This document shows positions 26,726 to 36,474 of a DNA stretch of 64,000 nucleotides, piece by piece. The notes below the pieces were generated by a model. It was given only the letters and a program-made list of their open reading frames with translations, was not told the DNA's origin and did no database searches. A program made the position numbers and the translations under genes. Each line of letters opens with the position of its first letter. Within the stretch, counting starts at the first letter, position 1. Location of the stretch: positions 10,426 to 74,425 of the forward strand of contig JACPLG010000007.1 of assembly GCA_016186625.1 (NCBI GenBank), written 5' to 3'. The DNA is from Candidatus Levyibacteriota bacterium. GTDB taxonomy: Bacteria; Patescibacteriota; Microgenomatia; Levybacterales; UBA12049.

Positions 26726-27340
26726 ATGATTATTCCCACAATTCTAGAAAAGACCTGGGAGGAAATAGAGGAAAAATTTGAAATATATAAAAATTTTGCA
26801 AAAGTAGTCCACGTAGATTTTATTGATGGAAAGTTTACCAACAATTTAACTTTCCTTGATGTCGAGCCTTTCTCAAAATATTCCAAGTATTTTGATCTTG
26901 AAGCGCATTTAATGGTCGAAGAACCTATAAGCTATTTGGATGAGTTGTCATCGGCAGGATTTAAAACTTTTCTTGGACAAATTGAAAAAATGATTGATCA
27001 AGTGGAGTTTGTTGCCAAGGGAGAAATGCTAGGCGCAGTAGGACTTGCACTTGATATTGAAACGCCCAGCTCTCAAATAAAAGTCTCATATGAGGACTTG
27101 GACAGAATTCTTTTAATGGGAGTGCATTTGGGAGCTTCGGGTAGACCATTTGATGGAAGAGTAATTCCTAAGATGAAAGATATTTCACAATCTGGTTTTG
27201 TAAACATTCAGGTTGACGGAGGCGTTGATGATAAAACTTTGCCAATGCTCCGACAAAACGGAGCAAGGTTTTTCTGCGTCAATAGCTTTCTTTTTAAAGG
27301 CGATCCAAAAAAACAGTTTGAAATTCTTGAATCACTTTGA
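26726..27340 (+). CDS. rpe: ribulose-phosphate 3-epimerase
   Basis: VHVDFIDGKFTNNLTF, HLMVEEP and C-terminal VDGGV motifs. Confidence 0.8.
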   Translation: MIIPTILEKTWEEIEEKFEIYKNFAKVVHVDFIDGKFTNNLTFLDVEPFSKYSKYFDLEAHLMVEEPISYLDELSSAGFKTFLGQIEKMIDQVEFVAKGEMLGAVGLALDIETPSSQIKVSYEDLDRILLMGVHLGASGRPFDGRVIPKMKDISQSGFVNIQVDGGVDDKTLPMLRQNGARFFCVNSFLFKGDPKKQFEILESL

Positions 27341-27575
27341 GCTAGGGGTCCTGTCGCTCGTTTCCCTGCTCAGAAAACTCGGAAAACTCAGAGTACCAGA
27401 TATTTTCAGAGAATCAGTGTTTCAGAGTTCCGGATTTCCCGCCTGCCATGGCCTGCCAGCCCGCTTGCCAAGCGAAGCGGCCAGGGGCACTGGCGGACAG
27501 GCTGATTATCCGATTGTCTGATTTTTTCTGACGATCTGAGTAAACATCTGAGTATTCCGAAAAATATTTTCTATG
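27341..27575. repeat. family A palindromic element carrying a nested GC-rich hairpin insertion
   Basis: ggggtcctgtcgctcgtttccctgctcagaaaactcggaaaactcagagt... The nested 62-bp insert (tttcccgcctgccatggc...) resembles the hairpin at 4705..4750. Confidence 0.7.
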
Positions 27576-27611
27576 TATATTTGCTATTTAAAATTTGATA
27601 TTTAATATGAT

Positions 27612-29894
27612 TTAGGGGTTTGGTTTTTGCTCCGAAAGACTAATTGGTCTACATAGTACCCTATTTTCTGTGCCTTTTATAAAGTATTCGTTTTTCCCTC
27701 CACACGGCTTGACCACAATATTTTTGGGTGGAGATAAGAGTTCGTCCTTAGGATCACTACTACTTAACAAATTATTCATTATCTTATTCCAAATAGGAGC
27801 AGCCCCTGTAATTCCTGAAGCAAGTCTTGGATTCATAGGGGAGTTATTGTTATTTCCCACCCAAACAGCAGTTAAAATATTGGGAGTATAGCCTATTGTC
27901 CAATTGTCTCTTTTATTATCCGTTGTCCCGGTTTTAACAGAAACAGTATGTCTTGGTATATTAAGTGGAGAATTATAACCAAACTCCATTGCCCGAGAAT
28001 TATTATCAGATAGAATATTTGAAATTATAAATGCAACCTCTTCGGGAACTGCCCTTTTCTTTTTAATTTCTTTCTTCTCTTCGAAAACCTGTCCTTGATA
28101 GTTGGTGACTTTAAGAATTGGGTTAAGCTCTATTTTTTCCCCTTGGTTGGCAAGAGTTCCATAAACAACTGCCATGTCGGTCATTTTTACCTCAGCAGCA
28201 CCAAGAGTTATTGCAAGTCCGTAATTTTGCGGATCTTTCCACGAAGTAATTCCCATTTTTTTGCCCAAATCAACCATTGTCTGAATTCCAATTTTATTAA
28301 GAATTTTTACTGCAGGGATATTGATTGAATTTCCAAGAGCATTCCTAAGAGTTACAGTTCCGTGGAATCTGCCGTCATAATTAACTGGTGAGTAGACAAG
28401 CGCTCCGGCGGGAGCATAGGAAACAGGGGTGTCTTGGACTGTTGTTGCAGCAGTGAAACCATTAAGAAGCGCTGCTGAATAAGTGACAACTTTTATTGCT
28501 GATCCGGGCTGGCGAAGTGCTGTTGTCACATTGTAATTCCCACTATCCTCCGCAAAATAATCTTTCCCTCCTACCATAGCCAGGATGTCTCCATTTTTAG
28601 GGTTTGTGATCAGTGCTGCGGCATTAGTCAGGTTTAGATAAGCTGAGTTTTCAACTTCCGCAGTTACAATCTTCTGGGCCATATCCTGAGTTTTTAAATC
28701 AAGACTTGTAATAACAGAGAGCCCACCCCGCTCAACAATAGGAAGACCGTAGCGTTCAATCAAAAGCTGCCTAACATACATTACAAAGTGAGGAGCCTTT
28801 ATGCTATTTTTATTTTCTCTAAATTCTAATTTTTCATTCTCCGCTTTTTTTGCTTGTTCCGAAGTTATGAAATTTAGCGAAACCATTTGGGCAAGAACCT
28901 CTTTTTGTCGGGCATTCCACAAGTTAGGATTTTGACCATACGGAGAGTATGTTGAAGGAGCCTGGGGAAGTCCTGCCAAAAATGCGCTTTCCGAAAGTGA
29001 AAGCTGTGTTACATCTTTTCCAAAATAAGTTTGAGCAGCGGCTTGGGCTCCCCAGGCAGTGCCTCCATAAGGAACTTGGTTAAAATACATTTCCAAAATT
29101 TGGTCTTTGGTATAAATCCGCTGTGCCCATACTGAAAGGATGACTTCTTTTATCTTTCTTTCAAGTGTTCGCTCAGGGGTTAAGAGCCTTGATTTTACCA
29201 GTTGTTGGGTAATAGTTGAGCCTCCCTGAAGAGGACGGCCCGTTAGATCAACTATTGCAGCCCTAAGTATTGCTAGGACGTCAAAGCCTGGAGTTTTGTA
29301 GAAATTCTTGTCCTCAATTGCTATTGTTGCATTTTTAAGATCCTGGGGAATTTTAGATAAGGGGACATTTGTTCTATCCTGATTGGCGTAAATTTGATAG
29401 AGAAGAGTTTTGTTTCTGTCATAAATTTTTGTTGTTTGAGAAATTTCTTGGTGAGCAAGAGTAGAAGGGTTTGGCAAGCTTCTAATAAATATTATGGAAA
29501 CTATGGGCATAAAAATAAAGAAAAAAGAAAAAATACTCCCAATTAAGATATATTTGAGTCTGGTTTGAAATGGAAGTCTAAGAGGAAGTCTTGGACGGCC
29601 TCTTTTTTTATGCTTTAAATGAAATTTTGGGAGATGCGGCCTTGAAAGTTTGATCTGCTGCATTTTTACCACGGGAAGTTTGAAAACAGGAAGTTTAAAC
29701 TGTGGCAGGCGGGGAAGTTTGACTATTGGTTTTTTAGTTTCTTCCTCAGTGCTAAAGATTATCTGTTCAACAATTTTTTTTCGCCGCAAGTGTATGAGGA
29801 TTTTCCACAGGAGAGATAAAAAAAGAAGAGTTACATCGCCAATAAAAATTAGTATTTTGGCAGCAAGAATGATAAGGTCCTCAACCAGTTTCAT
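27612..29894 (-). CDS. class A penicillin-binding protein (PBP1A-type transglycosylase/transpeptidase)
   Basis: GT51 motifs EDKNFYKTPGFD and GGSTITQQLVK. Transpeptidase SxxK/SxN motifs downstream. Confidence 0.9.
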   Translation of the reverse strand: MKLVEDLIILAAKILIFIGDVTLLFLSLLWKILIHLRRKKIVEQIIFSTEEETKKPIVKLPRLPQFKLPVFKLPVVKMQQIKLSRPHLPKFHLKHKKRGRPRLPLRLPFQTRLKYILIGSIFSFFFIFMPIVSIIFIRSLPNPSTLAHQEISQTTKIYDRNKTLLYQIYANQDRTNVPLSKIPQDLKNATIAIEDKNFYKTPGFDVLAILRAAIVDLTGRPLQGGSTITQQLVKSRLLTPERTLERKIKEVILSVWAQRIYTKDQILEMYFNQVPYGGTAWGAQAAAQTYFGKDVTQLSLSESAFLAGLPQAPSTYSPYGQNPNLWNARQKEVLAQMVSLNFITSEQAKKAENEKLEFRENKNSIKAPHFVMYVRQLLIERYGLPIVERGGLSVITSLDLKTQDMAQKIVTAEVENSAYLNLTNAAALITNPKNGDILAMVGGKDYFAEDSGNYNVTTALRQPGSAIKVVTYSAALLNGFTAATTVQDTPVSYAPAGALVYSPVNYDGRFHGTVTLRNALGNSINIPAVKILNKIGIQTMVDLGKKMGITSWKDPQNYGLAITLGAAEVKMTDMAVVYGTLANQGEKIELNPILKVTNYQGQVFEEKKEIKKKRAVPEEVAFIISNILSDNNSRAMEFGYNSPLNIPRHTVSVKTGTTDNKRDNWTIGYTPNILTAVWVGNNNNSPMNPRLASGITGAAPIWNKIMNNLLSSSDPKDELLSPPKNIVVKPCGGKNEYFIKGTENRVLCRPISLSEQKPNP

Positions 29895-30006
29895 ACTAGA
29901 TTTTAAATGAGCAGAAGATAAAGCCGTATTCAGCTTCGATTAGTGGGACGAAACTATTTGGATTATACAAAAAGGATTACTGCTTGGAAAGAGGGATTTT
30001 AGGTGA

Positions 30007-30432
30007 TTACCTGCCTGTAAATCTTGCGTAAGTAATAATAAGGAGTCCGATTGCGAGAAATCCTAGACCAACTCCTTGGAATAAAGTTACTTTTTCTTTA
30101 AAAAAGAAATAGCTTAAGATTGCAGATACTAAGATTGATCCGCCAAAAACAATTGGAACAACAACCGCAACTTTATTTTGTGAATAACTTTTAGTTAGAG
30201 CAATGCTAAAAAGAGCAATAAAAACACCAGCGATTAATGCTGCAATGAGTCCCAGCCTTTGGTTTTGAATATTTGCTTTGTTTAATATCGGAATTGCTAC
30301 AAGTGTAGGAATTATTGCTGACACAATGTTTATAAGAGCAGCAACAATAGTAGTATTTGCCATTCTTGATGCAAAAGCCCCAACGAGGATTGCCGAACTA
30401 TAAAAAAGCGTTGCGAGGAATATATATATCAC
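30007..30432 (-). CDS. small 4-TM membrane protein, EamA/DMT-like
   Basis: 141 aa with four hydrophobic helices. Confidence 0.4.
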   Translation of the reverse strand: MIYIFLATLFYSSAILVGAFASRMANTTIVAALINIVSAIIPTLVAIPILNKANIQNQRLGLIAALIAGVFIALFSIALTKSYSQNKVAVVVPIVFGGSILVSAILSYFFFKEKVTLFQGVGLGFLAIGLLIITYARFTGR

Positions 30433-31309
30433 TAGGAAAAATTATATCAGATTGAGAGATTGGCTTTTGGGCAATTACCGTGACCATCCCTCCATACTTT
30501 TGATCTTCCCATGTTTCCAGACGTTCGAGGTAGTGATTATTTCTTCCCTTCCCCCAGTCTTTGCCATAAATAAGATTTTGTTGACCTGTAGTAGGAATAA
30601 CGCGCGAATAAACTATACCAAGCCCCCTTCGTTGAAAATATTCCAAAAGGTGAGTCTGTCCGAAGAAAAGGATTTTGCCCGGTTCTTCCTCAACATCTTC
30701 CCTGTGATGATGTCCATGATGAGTGACAAAAGCTCTTGCTGGTCTAGATCGTAAGGCTTCTGGGTTCTCGCTGCTCTCTATCATAATCTGATCATATAAG
30801 TAGTCAGCGCTACCAAAGGTTCTGATGTAAATATGCCCGGAAGGTTTAGTAGCATTAATTGCCTTATCTATTACAGAATATGCGGCCTCAAGACTTGGAA
30901 AATGAAAAAAAGTATCAGCTAGCATTACAGTATCGTATTGATTCTCACCAAGATCAGCTCTTGTTATATCTTCTTCGCGCAATTCAATGGGGAGGTTAAA
31001 TCCAGAAGCCATATTTCTGACTAAATCTACAAATGTAGGATCATACTCGTATCCGACAACATTCATTCCTTGTAATGCAAAAAATAGAGATGATCTTCCT
31101 TCACCTATGCCCAAATCAAGTAGTTTACCTGCGGGAACCAAAAGCCTATCTTTAAATTTCCAGAATTCTGGATCTCCTGCCATGTAGTCCCAACCGTTAT
31201 CGGGAGAAAACCTAGCCCCCCTATTTCCAATTAGAAATAAGAAGGTATATGCAGAATCCGGCCACGTTTCAGGTTTGGGAATTATTGGCTCAATTTCCGC
31301 TCTATTCAT
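30398..31309 (-). CDS. class I SAM-dependent methyltransferase-like protein
   Basis: LLDLGIGEGRSSLFFALQG matches motif I, with an acidic motif II downstream. Confidence 0.5.
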   Translation of the reverse strand: MNRAEIEPIIPKPETWPDSAYTFLFLIGNRGARFSPDNGWDYMAGDPEFWKFKDRLLVPAGKLLDLGIGEGRSSLFFALQGMNVVGYEYDPTFVDLVRNMASGFNLPIELREEDITRADLGENQYDTVMLADTFFHFPSLEAAYSVIDKAINATKPSGHIYIRTFGSADYLYDQIMIESSENPEALRSRPARAFVTHHGHHHREDVEEEPGKILFFGQTHLLEYFQRRGLGIVYSRVIPTTGQQNLIYGKDWGKGRNNHYLERLETWEDQKYGGMVTVIAQKPISQSDIIFPSDIYIPRNAFL

Positions 31310-31396
31310 AGAAGTGAATTATACCAAAAGTGCCCTATAGTAGCAATGTTTTAGGGGTTTGGGGTGGGGGAAGGTGAGAGTTCGGGATGAGGAGAA

Positions 31397-31621
31397 TTAC
31401 TCTTTTTCGAAAAAATCTTTCTCATCTACGCCAGCTTGTTTTATAATGTTTTTTAAAGTTCCGACTCTGATTTCTCTGTGATGAGGTATAACACAAGTTT
31501 TTCTTGTTTTTTCATTCCACCATATTTCGTGTGAACCGCCAGTTGATCGCCTAAAAGAAAACCCTAACTTACGAAGTTTTTTAATTACCACTCTGTAAGA
31601 AAGAGGTTTTACTCCTGGCAT
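31397..31621 (-). CDS. hicA: HicA-family toxin (mRNA interferase)
   Basis: KLRKLGFSFRRSTGGSHEIWWN...IPHHREIRVGTLKNIIKQAG. Confidence 0.8.
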   Translation of the reverse strand: MPGVKPLSYRVVIKKLRKLGFSFRRSTGGSHEIWWNEKTRKTCVIPHHREIRVGTLKNIIKQAGVDEKDFFEKE

Positions 31622-31624
31622 AAA

Positions 31625-31903
31625 TTAATTAGTTGAAACAACTAACGGGAAGGTAAGAGTGATATTTGACGAGGGTTTTTTGGAAGTATTTTTTAATTTC
31701 AATGGTACTTTTAACCCTTCTTCTTTATAAAGTTCGATTAAAGAAGATGCTACATAGGCTATTTCGTTGATTGCTTCTTCTAAACTGTCTCCTTGTGCGT
31801 AACAATCTTTCCACTTTGTGCAAACTGCAATAAATGCTCCATCCTCCTCATGGATGGTAATTGGTAATTCATACTCAGCAATAGTTAGAGTTTTACTTTT
31901 CAT
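31625..31903 (-). CDS. hicB: HicB-family antitoxin (UPF0150)
   Basis: YELPITIHEEDGAFIAVCTKWKDCYAQGDSLEEAINEI. Gene ends 3 nt from the hicA start. Confidence 0.75.
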   Translation of the reverse strand: MKSKTLTIAEYELPITIHEEDGAFIAVCTKWKDCYAQGDSLEEAINEIAYVASSLIELYKEEGLKVPLKLKNTSKKPSSNITLTFPLVVSTN

Positions 31904-31927
31904 GCAAGTTATTATAACACAAAAAAC

Positions 31928-34096
31928 TTAAGGTGTAGGAGTGGGAGAAGGGGAGAGGTCGGGGTGAGGGCAATCAACACAATACCTGTCTCCAGTCTCG
32001 TCCGTTATTACATAATGTTCTTTTAGCTCCAGATTTTCCGTTTGTTTTGGATCCTTTGGAAGGTCCTGGGTATCTTTATCAACAAAAACATTTTGTTTTC
32101 CCGGATCTCTCTTTTTAGGATACATATTTCTTATAAAATAATCTGATCTTGTTTCGCATCCTGCGCCCTCCGAAGCGAAATACCCGGAGTATCTGCACGC
32201 ACTTAGCCTTACTACATTTTTTGGAGGAGACCAAGGTGAGGTTTTCTTGCCTTTGAGTAAAAATTCCGTAATCTCCCTCCAGATAGGAGAAGCACCAGTT
32301 ACGCCTGAAACCACTGCGCCCATTGGGCTGTTATCATTATTGCCAACCCAAGTTGTCACAACATATTCTGGAGTATATCCTATTGTCCAATTATCTCTAT
32401 AATCATTTGTAGTTCCTGTTTTTACCGAAACGGTTTGACCAGGTATATTAAGAACAGAATTTGTGCCAAAAGCAATAGTTCGAGCACCATTATCAGCTAA
32501 AATATCTGAGATTATAAATGTAACTTCCTCAGGTAAAACTTTCTCACCAAAAATAGGCGACTGGTCTCTCTTCCTCTCAAGTACTTTTCCACGAGAATCC
32601 TTTATTTCTAAAATCGGATTTAAATCAACTCTATAGCCTTTATTTGCAAAAACCCCAAAAGCAGTTGCCATGTCCATCATAGTCACTTCCCCTCCTCCCA
32701 GTGTTAGAGAAAGCCCATACCTCCCAGGATCTGTAAAAGTTGTTATTCCCATGGCAGAGGCTGTTGCCATCATAGCCTCAACCGTATTTAGTTTTAGCAT
32801 TTTAACCGCCGGAATATTTAGTGAGCTACCAAGAGCCTCTCTCATTGATACTACTCCATGAAACTTTCCGTCATAATTTCTCGGGCAATAGTATGGATTT
32901 GGCGGATTTGGAAAACAGATCTCCTTATCAACAAATACAGTTGCCGCAGAATAACCATTCAATAGGCCGGCTGCATAATTAATAGGTTTAATTGAGGAAC
33001 CGGGCTGGCGCCTTGCCAGTGCAATATTTACATTCCCATCAATTGATGAATCAAAATAGTCCTTACTTCCAACAAGAGCCAAAATATCTCCTGACCCGGG
33101 ATCAGTTACTACTGCTGCTCCATTTGAAACTCTTGCCCCTCGGAGCTTCGCAACTTCTGAGGCAACTGCAAGCTCCGCAAATTCCTGAATAGCAGAATCA
33201 AGTGTAGTTCTTACTTGGAATCCACCTTCTTCCGTGAATTTTTCTCCATACTTTTTTTCCAACAGATCTTTTACATATAAAACAAAATGAGGAGCTTTTA
33301 TGCTGTCAGAAATATTTTTATATTCGAGTTTTTCTTCTTTTGCCCTTTTCTCCTCCTCCTTAGTGATATAGCCCTGCTCTCGCATTCTTGAAAGTACGAG
33401 TTCCTGTCTTTTTTTGGCAAGCTCAGGACGCGAACCAAAAGGCGAATAAAGAGTAGGGCTTTGCGGAAGTCCAGCAAGAAGGGCTGCCTCGGAAAGAGTC
33501 AGATTATGGGCGCTTTTTCCAAAATAAGTTTTTGCGCCGGCCTCAATCCCATAAGCAGTGCCCCCGTAGGGGATTTGGTTAAGATACATCTCAAGAATTT
33601 GAGACTTTGAGTAAAGTATTTCTGTTGCAAAAGCCAAGACAATCTCTTTTATTTTTCTCTGAACAGAACGCTCAGGAGTCAGTAGACTGCTTTTTACAAG
33701 CTGCTGAGTTAAAGTGGATCCTCCTTGGATGGGCTTTCCAGATATATTTGCAACAGAGGCTCTTATAATTCCTCTAACATCAATTGCTCCGTGGCGGTAA
33801 AAATCCTTATCCTCAATTGCCACAGTTGCGTCCTGGACATGCTTTGGAATTTCCGAAAGCTTAATTTGAGTCCTGTTTTTATTTAAATAGACTGTATATA
33901 AAAGCTCACCGTTGCGATCAAAAATCTGACTTGACTGGGGAATATTAACGGGGCTATTTAGTCTGGTTGGAGAGGGAAGATCTTTAAGAATAAAAAAATA
34001 AGACAAAGCAATCAAAAATGCAGCCAAAATAAAAATAACAAGACCAAAAAATCTCTTTTTCCGAAATTTTGCGTAAAACTTCCCGAAGCCTTTCAT
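31928..34096 (-). CDS. class A penicillin-binding protein (second PBP1A paralog)
   Basis: EDKDFYRHGAIDVRG and GGSTLTQQLVK, with a transpeptidase module. Confidence 0.9.
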   Translation of the reverse strand: MKGFGKFYAKFRKKRFFGLVIFILAAFLIALSYFFILKDLPSPTRLNSPVNIPQSSQIFDRNGELLYTVYLNKNRTQIKLSEIPKHVQDATVAIEDKDFYRHGAIDVRGIIRASVANISGKPIQGGSTLTQQLVKSSLLTPERSVQRKIKEIVLAFATEILYSKSQILEMYLNQIPYGGTAYGIEAGAKTYFGKSAHNLTLSEAALLAGLPQSPTLYSPFGSRPELAKKRQELVLSRMREQGYITKEEEKRAKEEKLEYKNISDSIKAPHFVLYVKDLLEKKYGEKFTEEGGFQVRTTLDSAIQEFAELAVASEVAKLRGARVSNGAAVVTDPGSGDILALVGSKDYFDSSIDGNVNIALARRQPGSSIKPINYAAGLLNGYSAATVFVDKEICFPNPPNPYYCPRNYDGKFHGVVSMREALGSSLNIPAVKMLKLNTVEAMMATASAMGITTFTDPGRYGLSLTLGGGEVTMMDMATAFGVFANKGYRVDLNPILEIKDSRGKVLERKRDQSPIFGEKVLPEEVTFIISDILADNGARTIAFGTNSVLNIPGQTVSVKTGTTNDYRDNWTIGYTPEYVVTTWVGNNDNSPMGAVVSGVTGASPIWREITEFLLKGKKTSPWSPPKNVVRLSACRYSGYFASEGAGCETRSDYFIRNMYPKKRDPGKQNVFVDKDTQDLPKDPKQTENLELKEHYVITDETGDRYCVDCPHPDLSPSPTPTP

Positions 34097-34196
34097 TTAG
34101 ATACTAATAATATCATTCGGGTAGCATTAGAAACAACAATTTATCCAGCACCTTTTTTCTGCAGAAAAAAGGTGCTGGATTTATTATAATAAGTTT

Positions 34197-35228
34197 ATGA
34201 TTCCACTTGATAATATTCAGGATTTTCTCACGTTTCTCTCAATTCCTTTTGTTAATTTAAATTTTGTTGATCTAGCAATTATTTTAGTAATTCTGGTTTA
34301 TGCTATTGAGGGATATGCACTTGGATTTATTAAAGGATTCTCAGATTTCATAAGCTTTGTTTTATCATTCTTATTTGGCCTTACATTTTATAGTATATTT
34401 GGTGATTTTTTAGTAAATAACTTTAATATTCCAAAAGGTTTTGGAAATGCTTTAGGCTTTTTCCTAGCTGCTTTCATTGCTGAGGTTGCACTGACTTTAA
34501 TCTTAAGATTTGTGATTTTACCATTTATATTAACTAAACTTGAAAAATTAAAATATCCAAGACAAATTGAAAAGTTAACCGGGATAATCCCCGGAGTTTT
34601 TTCCGCTGTTGTACTTCTGGCATTTGTTTTAACAATGGTTGTTGCGCTTCCCCTTTCGCCATATCTTAAAAATTCCGTTTCTGTATCTAAATTGGGAGAA
34701 CCCCTTGTTTCACAAATTCAGGGATTTGATAAACAGCTTAATGAAGTATTTGGAGGCGCAGTTAATGATGCTCTTACTTTCTTAACAATTGAGCCAAAAA
34801 GCGAAGAACTTTTGCAGTTAAACTTTTCTACATCAAATGTCTCTTTGGATAGAGATTCAGAGATTGAAATGCTTGGGCTAGTAAATAGCGAGAGAGAAGC
34901 TGCAGGGCTGGGTGTACTTGATGAGGATCCTGCGCTTCGGGAAGTTGCCAGGAATCATTGTCTGGACATGCTTGAGCGCGGTTATTTCTCTCATTACACA
35001 CCAGAAGGAAAATCTCCATTTGACAGAATGACGGAAGGAAATATTGACTTCAAATTTGCCGGAGAGAATCTTGCTCTTGCACCCAATACTAAGCTTGCCA
35101 TGAGAGGACTTATGGGCAGCCCAGGACACCGTGCAAATATTTTGTCAGAAGATTTTGGTAGAGTAGGAATAGGAGTAATTGACGCAGGCATATACGGAGA
35201 AATGTTTTGCCAGGAATTCGCAGACTAG
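34197..35228 (+). CDS. CvpA-family membrane domain fused to a CAP/SCP (PR-1-like) domain
   Basis: N-terminal four-TM CvpA-like segment. C-terminal GHRANILSEDFGRVGIGV plus HYTPEG motifs match CAP. Confidence 0.65.
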   Translation: MIPLDNIQDFLTFLSIPFVNLNFVDLAIILVILVYAIEGYALGFIKGFSDFISFVLSFLFGLTFYSIFGDFLVNNFNIPKGFGNALGFFLAAFIAEVALTLILRFVILPFILTKLEKLKYPRQIEKLTGIIPGVFSAVVLLAFVLTMVVALPLSPYLKNSVSVSKLGEPLVSQIQGFDKQLNEVFGGAVNDALTFLTIEPKSEELLQLNFSTSNVSLDRDSEIEMLGLVNSEREAAGLGVLDEDPALREVARNHCLDMLERGYFSHYTPEGKSPFDRMTEGNIDFKFAGENLALAPNTKLAMRGLMGSPGHRANILSEDFGRVGIGVIDAGIYGEMFCQEFAD

Positions 35229-35263
35229 TGATTAGATATTAGTTACTAGATACTAGTTCGATT

Positions 35264-36436
35264 ATGGTAAATTTGCCGAGTTTGGAGTCTGCCAATGTTA
35301 GAAACAAAAGAGTTTTTGTAAGGTGTGATTTTGATGTTCCGCTATCGCAACAGCCAACTGCCAACAAACAACCTGCCTCGCCGGCAGGCAGGCAAACAAC
35401 TATTGCGGATGATATGCGTTTGATTTCCGGGGTTTCCACGATTGAGCATCTACTCGAACAAGGAGCCACAGTTATTGCTGCTGGTCATCTTGGACGGCCC
35501 GCTCGCCATCGCTACGCTCAGGAGTTAGCGGGCGAACCCGGCGACCAATTTCAAATTACTGAGCCGCAGTTCAGTTTACTTCCTATTGCACAGTGGTTTG
35601 CGGAGGAATTCCCGGGGACAAGCGTAAAGCAAACCCATATTGGAGGATTTTCAGCTTGGAAACTTAAGGAAAATTTTTATATTCTTGAGAATCTGAGGTT
35701 TTATAAAGAGGAAGAGGAAAATGACAGAGCTTTCTATCATAAATTAGCTTATCTTGTAGATATCTATGTTAATGAAGCTTTTGGCTCATCTCATAGGCCG
35801 CATGCTTCAATTGTTGGAATCCCTTCACTTCTTCCTCATTTTCCCGGCTTCCATTTCCAGAAAGAAGTAAAGATTTTAAGTAGTGTAATTGATAATCCCA
35901 GAAGACCTTTTACTTTTATTGTGGGAGGAGCAAAAATCGAAACCAAACTTCCGCTAATTTCAAGAATGCATAAATTTGCTGATTATGTTTTGGTGGGAGG
36001 GGAACTAGCTGAACAAGATAAAGTTTTGATAAAAGAACAGCATGAGAGTATGTCTTCAAACAAAGCAATGCTTTTTGTTGCGGATCTAAACTCTGACAAA
36101 ACAGATATTACGCCAAAAAGTCTTGAGAATTTTTTACAGATTGTTCCGCGCTCGAAATGTATTATCTGGAACGGGCCGATGGGATTAATAAATGAAAAAT
36201 TAAAAATTAAAAATGAAAAACTTGAGGAAGGGGACGGGGGATATACGAGTTTAAAACTGGCTGAAGAGATTATTGCAAGCGGAGCATATAAAGTTGTTGG
36301 GGGAGGAGATACAATTGGACTTCTTAACAAACACAAACTTTTGGGAAACTTCGATTTTGCATCCGTAGGAGGCGGTGCAATGCTTGAGTTTCTCTCAGGA
36401 GAAACTTTGCCAGGAGTTTTAGCTCTTCAAAATTAA
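35264..36436 (+). CDS. pgk: phosphoglycerate kinase
   Basis: VRCDFDVPL, GHLGRP and VVGGGDT motifs. An in-frame GC-rich insertion lies at about 35350..35400. Confidence 0.85.
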   Translation: MVNLPSLESANVRNKRVFVRCDFDVPLSQQPTANKQPASPAGRQTTIADDMRLISGVSTIEHLLEQGATVIAAGHLGRPARHRYAQELAGEPGDQFQITEPQFSLLPIAQWFAEEFPGTSVKQTHIGGFSAWKLKENFYILENLRFYKEEEENDRAFYHKLAYLVDIYVNEAFGSSHRPHASIVGIPSLLPHFPGFHFQKEVKILSSVIDNPRRPFTFIVGGAKIETKLPLISRMHKFADYVLVGGELAEQDKVLIKEQHESMSSNKAMLFVADLNSDKTDITPKSLENFLQIVPRSKCIIWNGPMGLINEKLKIKNEKLEEGDGGYTSLKLAEEIIASGAYKVVGGGDTIGLLNKHKLLGNFDFASVGGGAMLEFLSGETLPGVLALQN

Positions 36437-36474
36437 TACTTGATGATTTAGGCAACCCCTTCTATAATTTGTAA

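Noticed and set aside
24036-27575. Composite transposon interpretation of the inverted family A pair
   Set aside because: No transposase gene or target-site duplication was detected. The enclosed genes (SpoIID-like, LytR_C, rpe) are housekeeping. More likely two independent insertions of a dispersed element. Kept as a finding only for the element itself.
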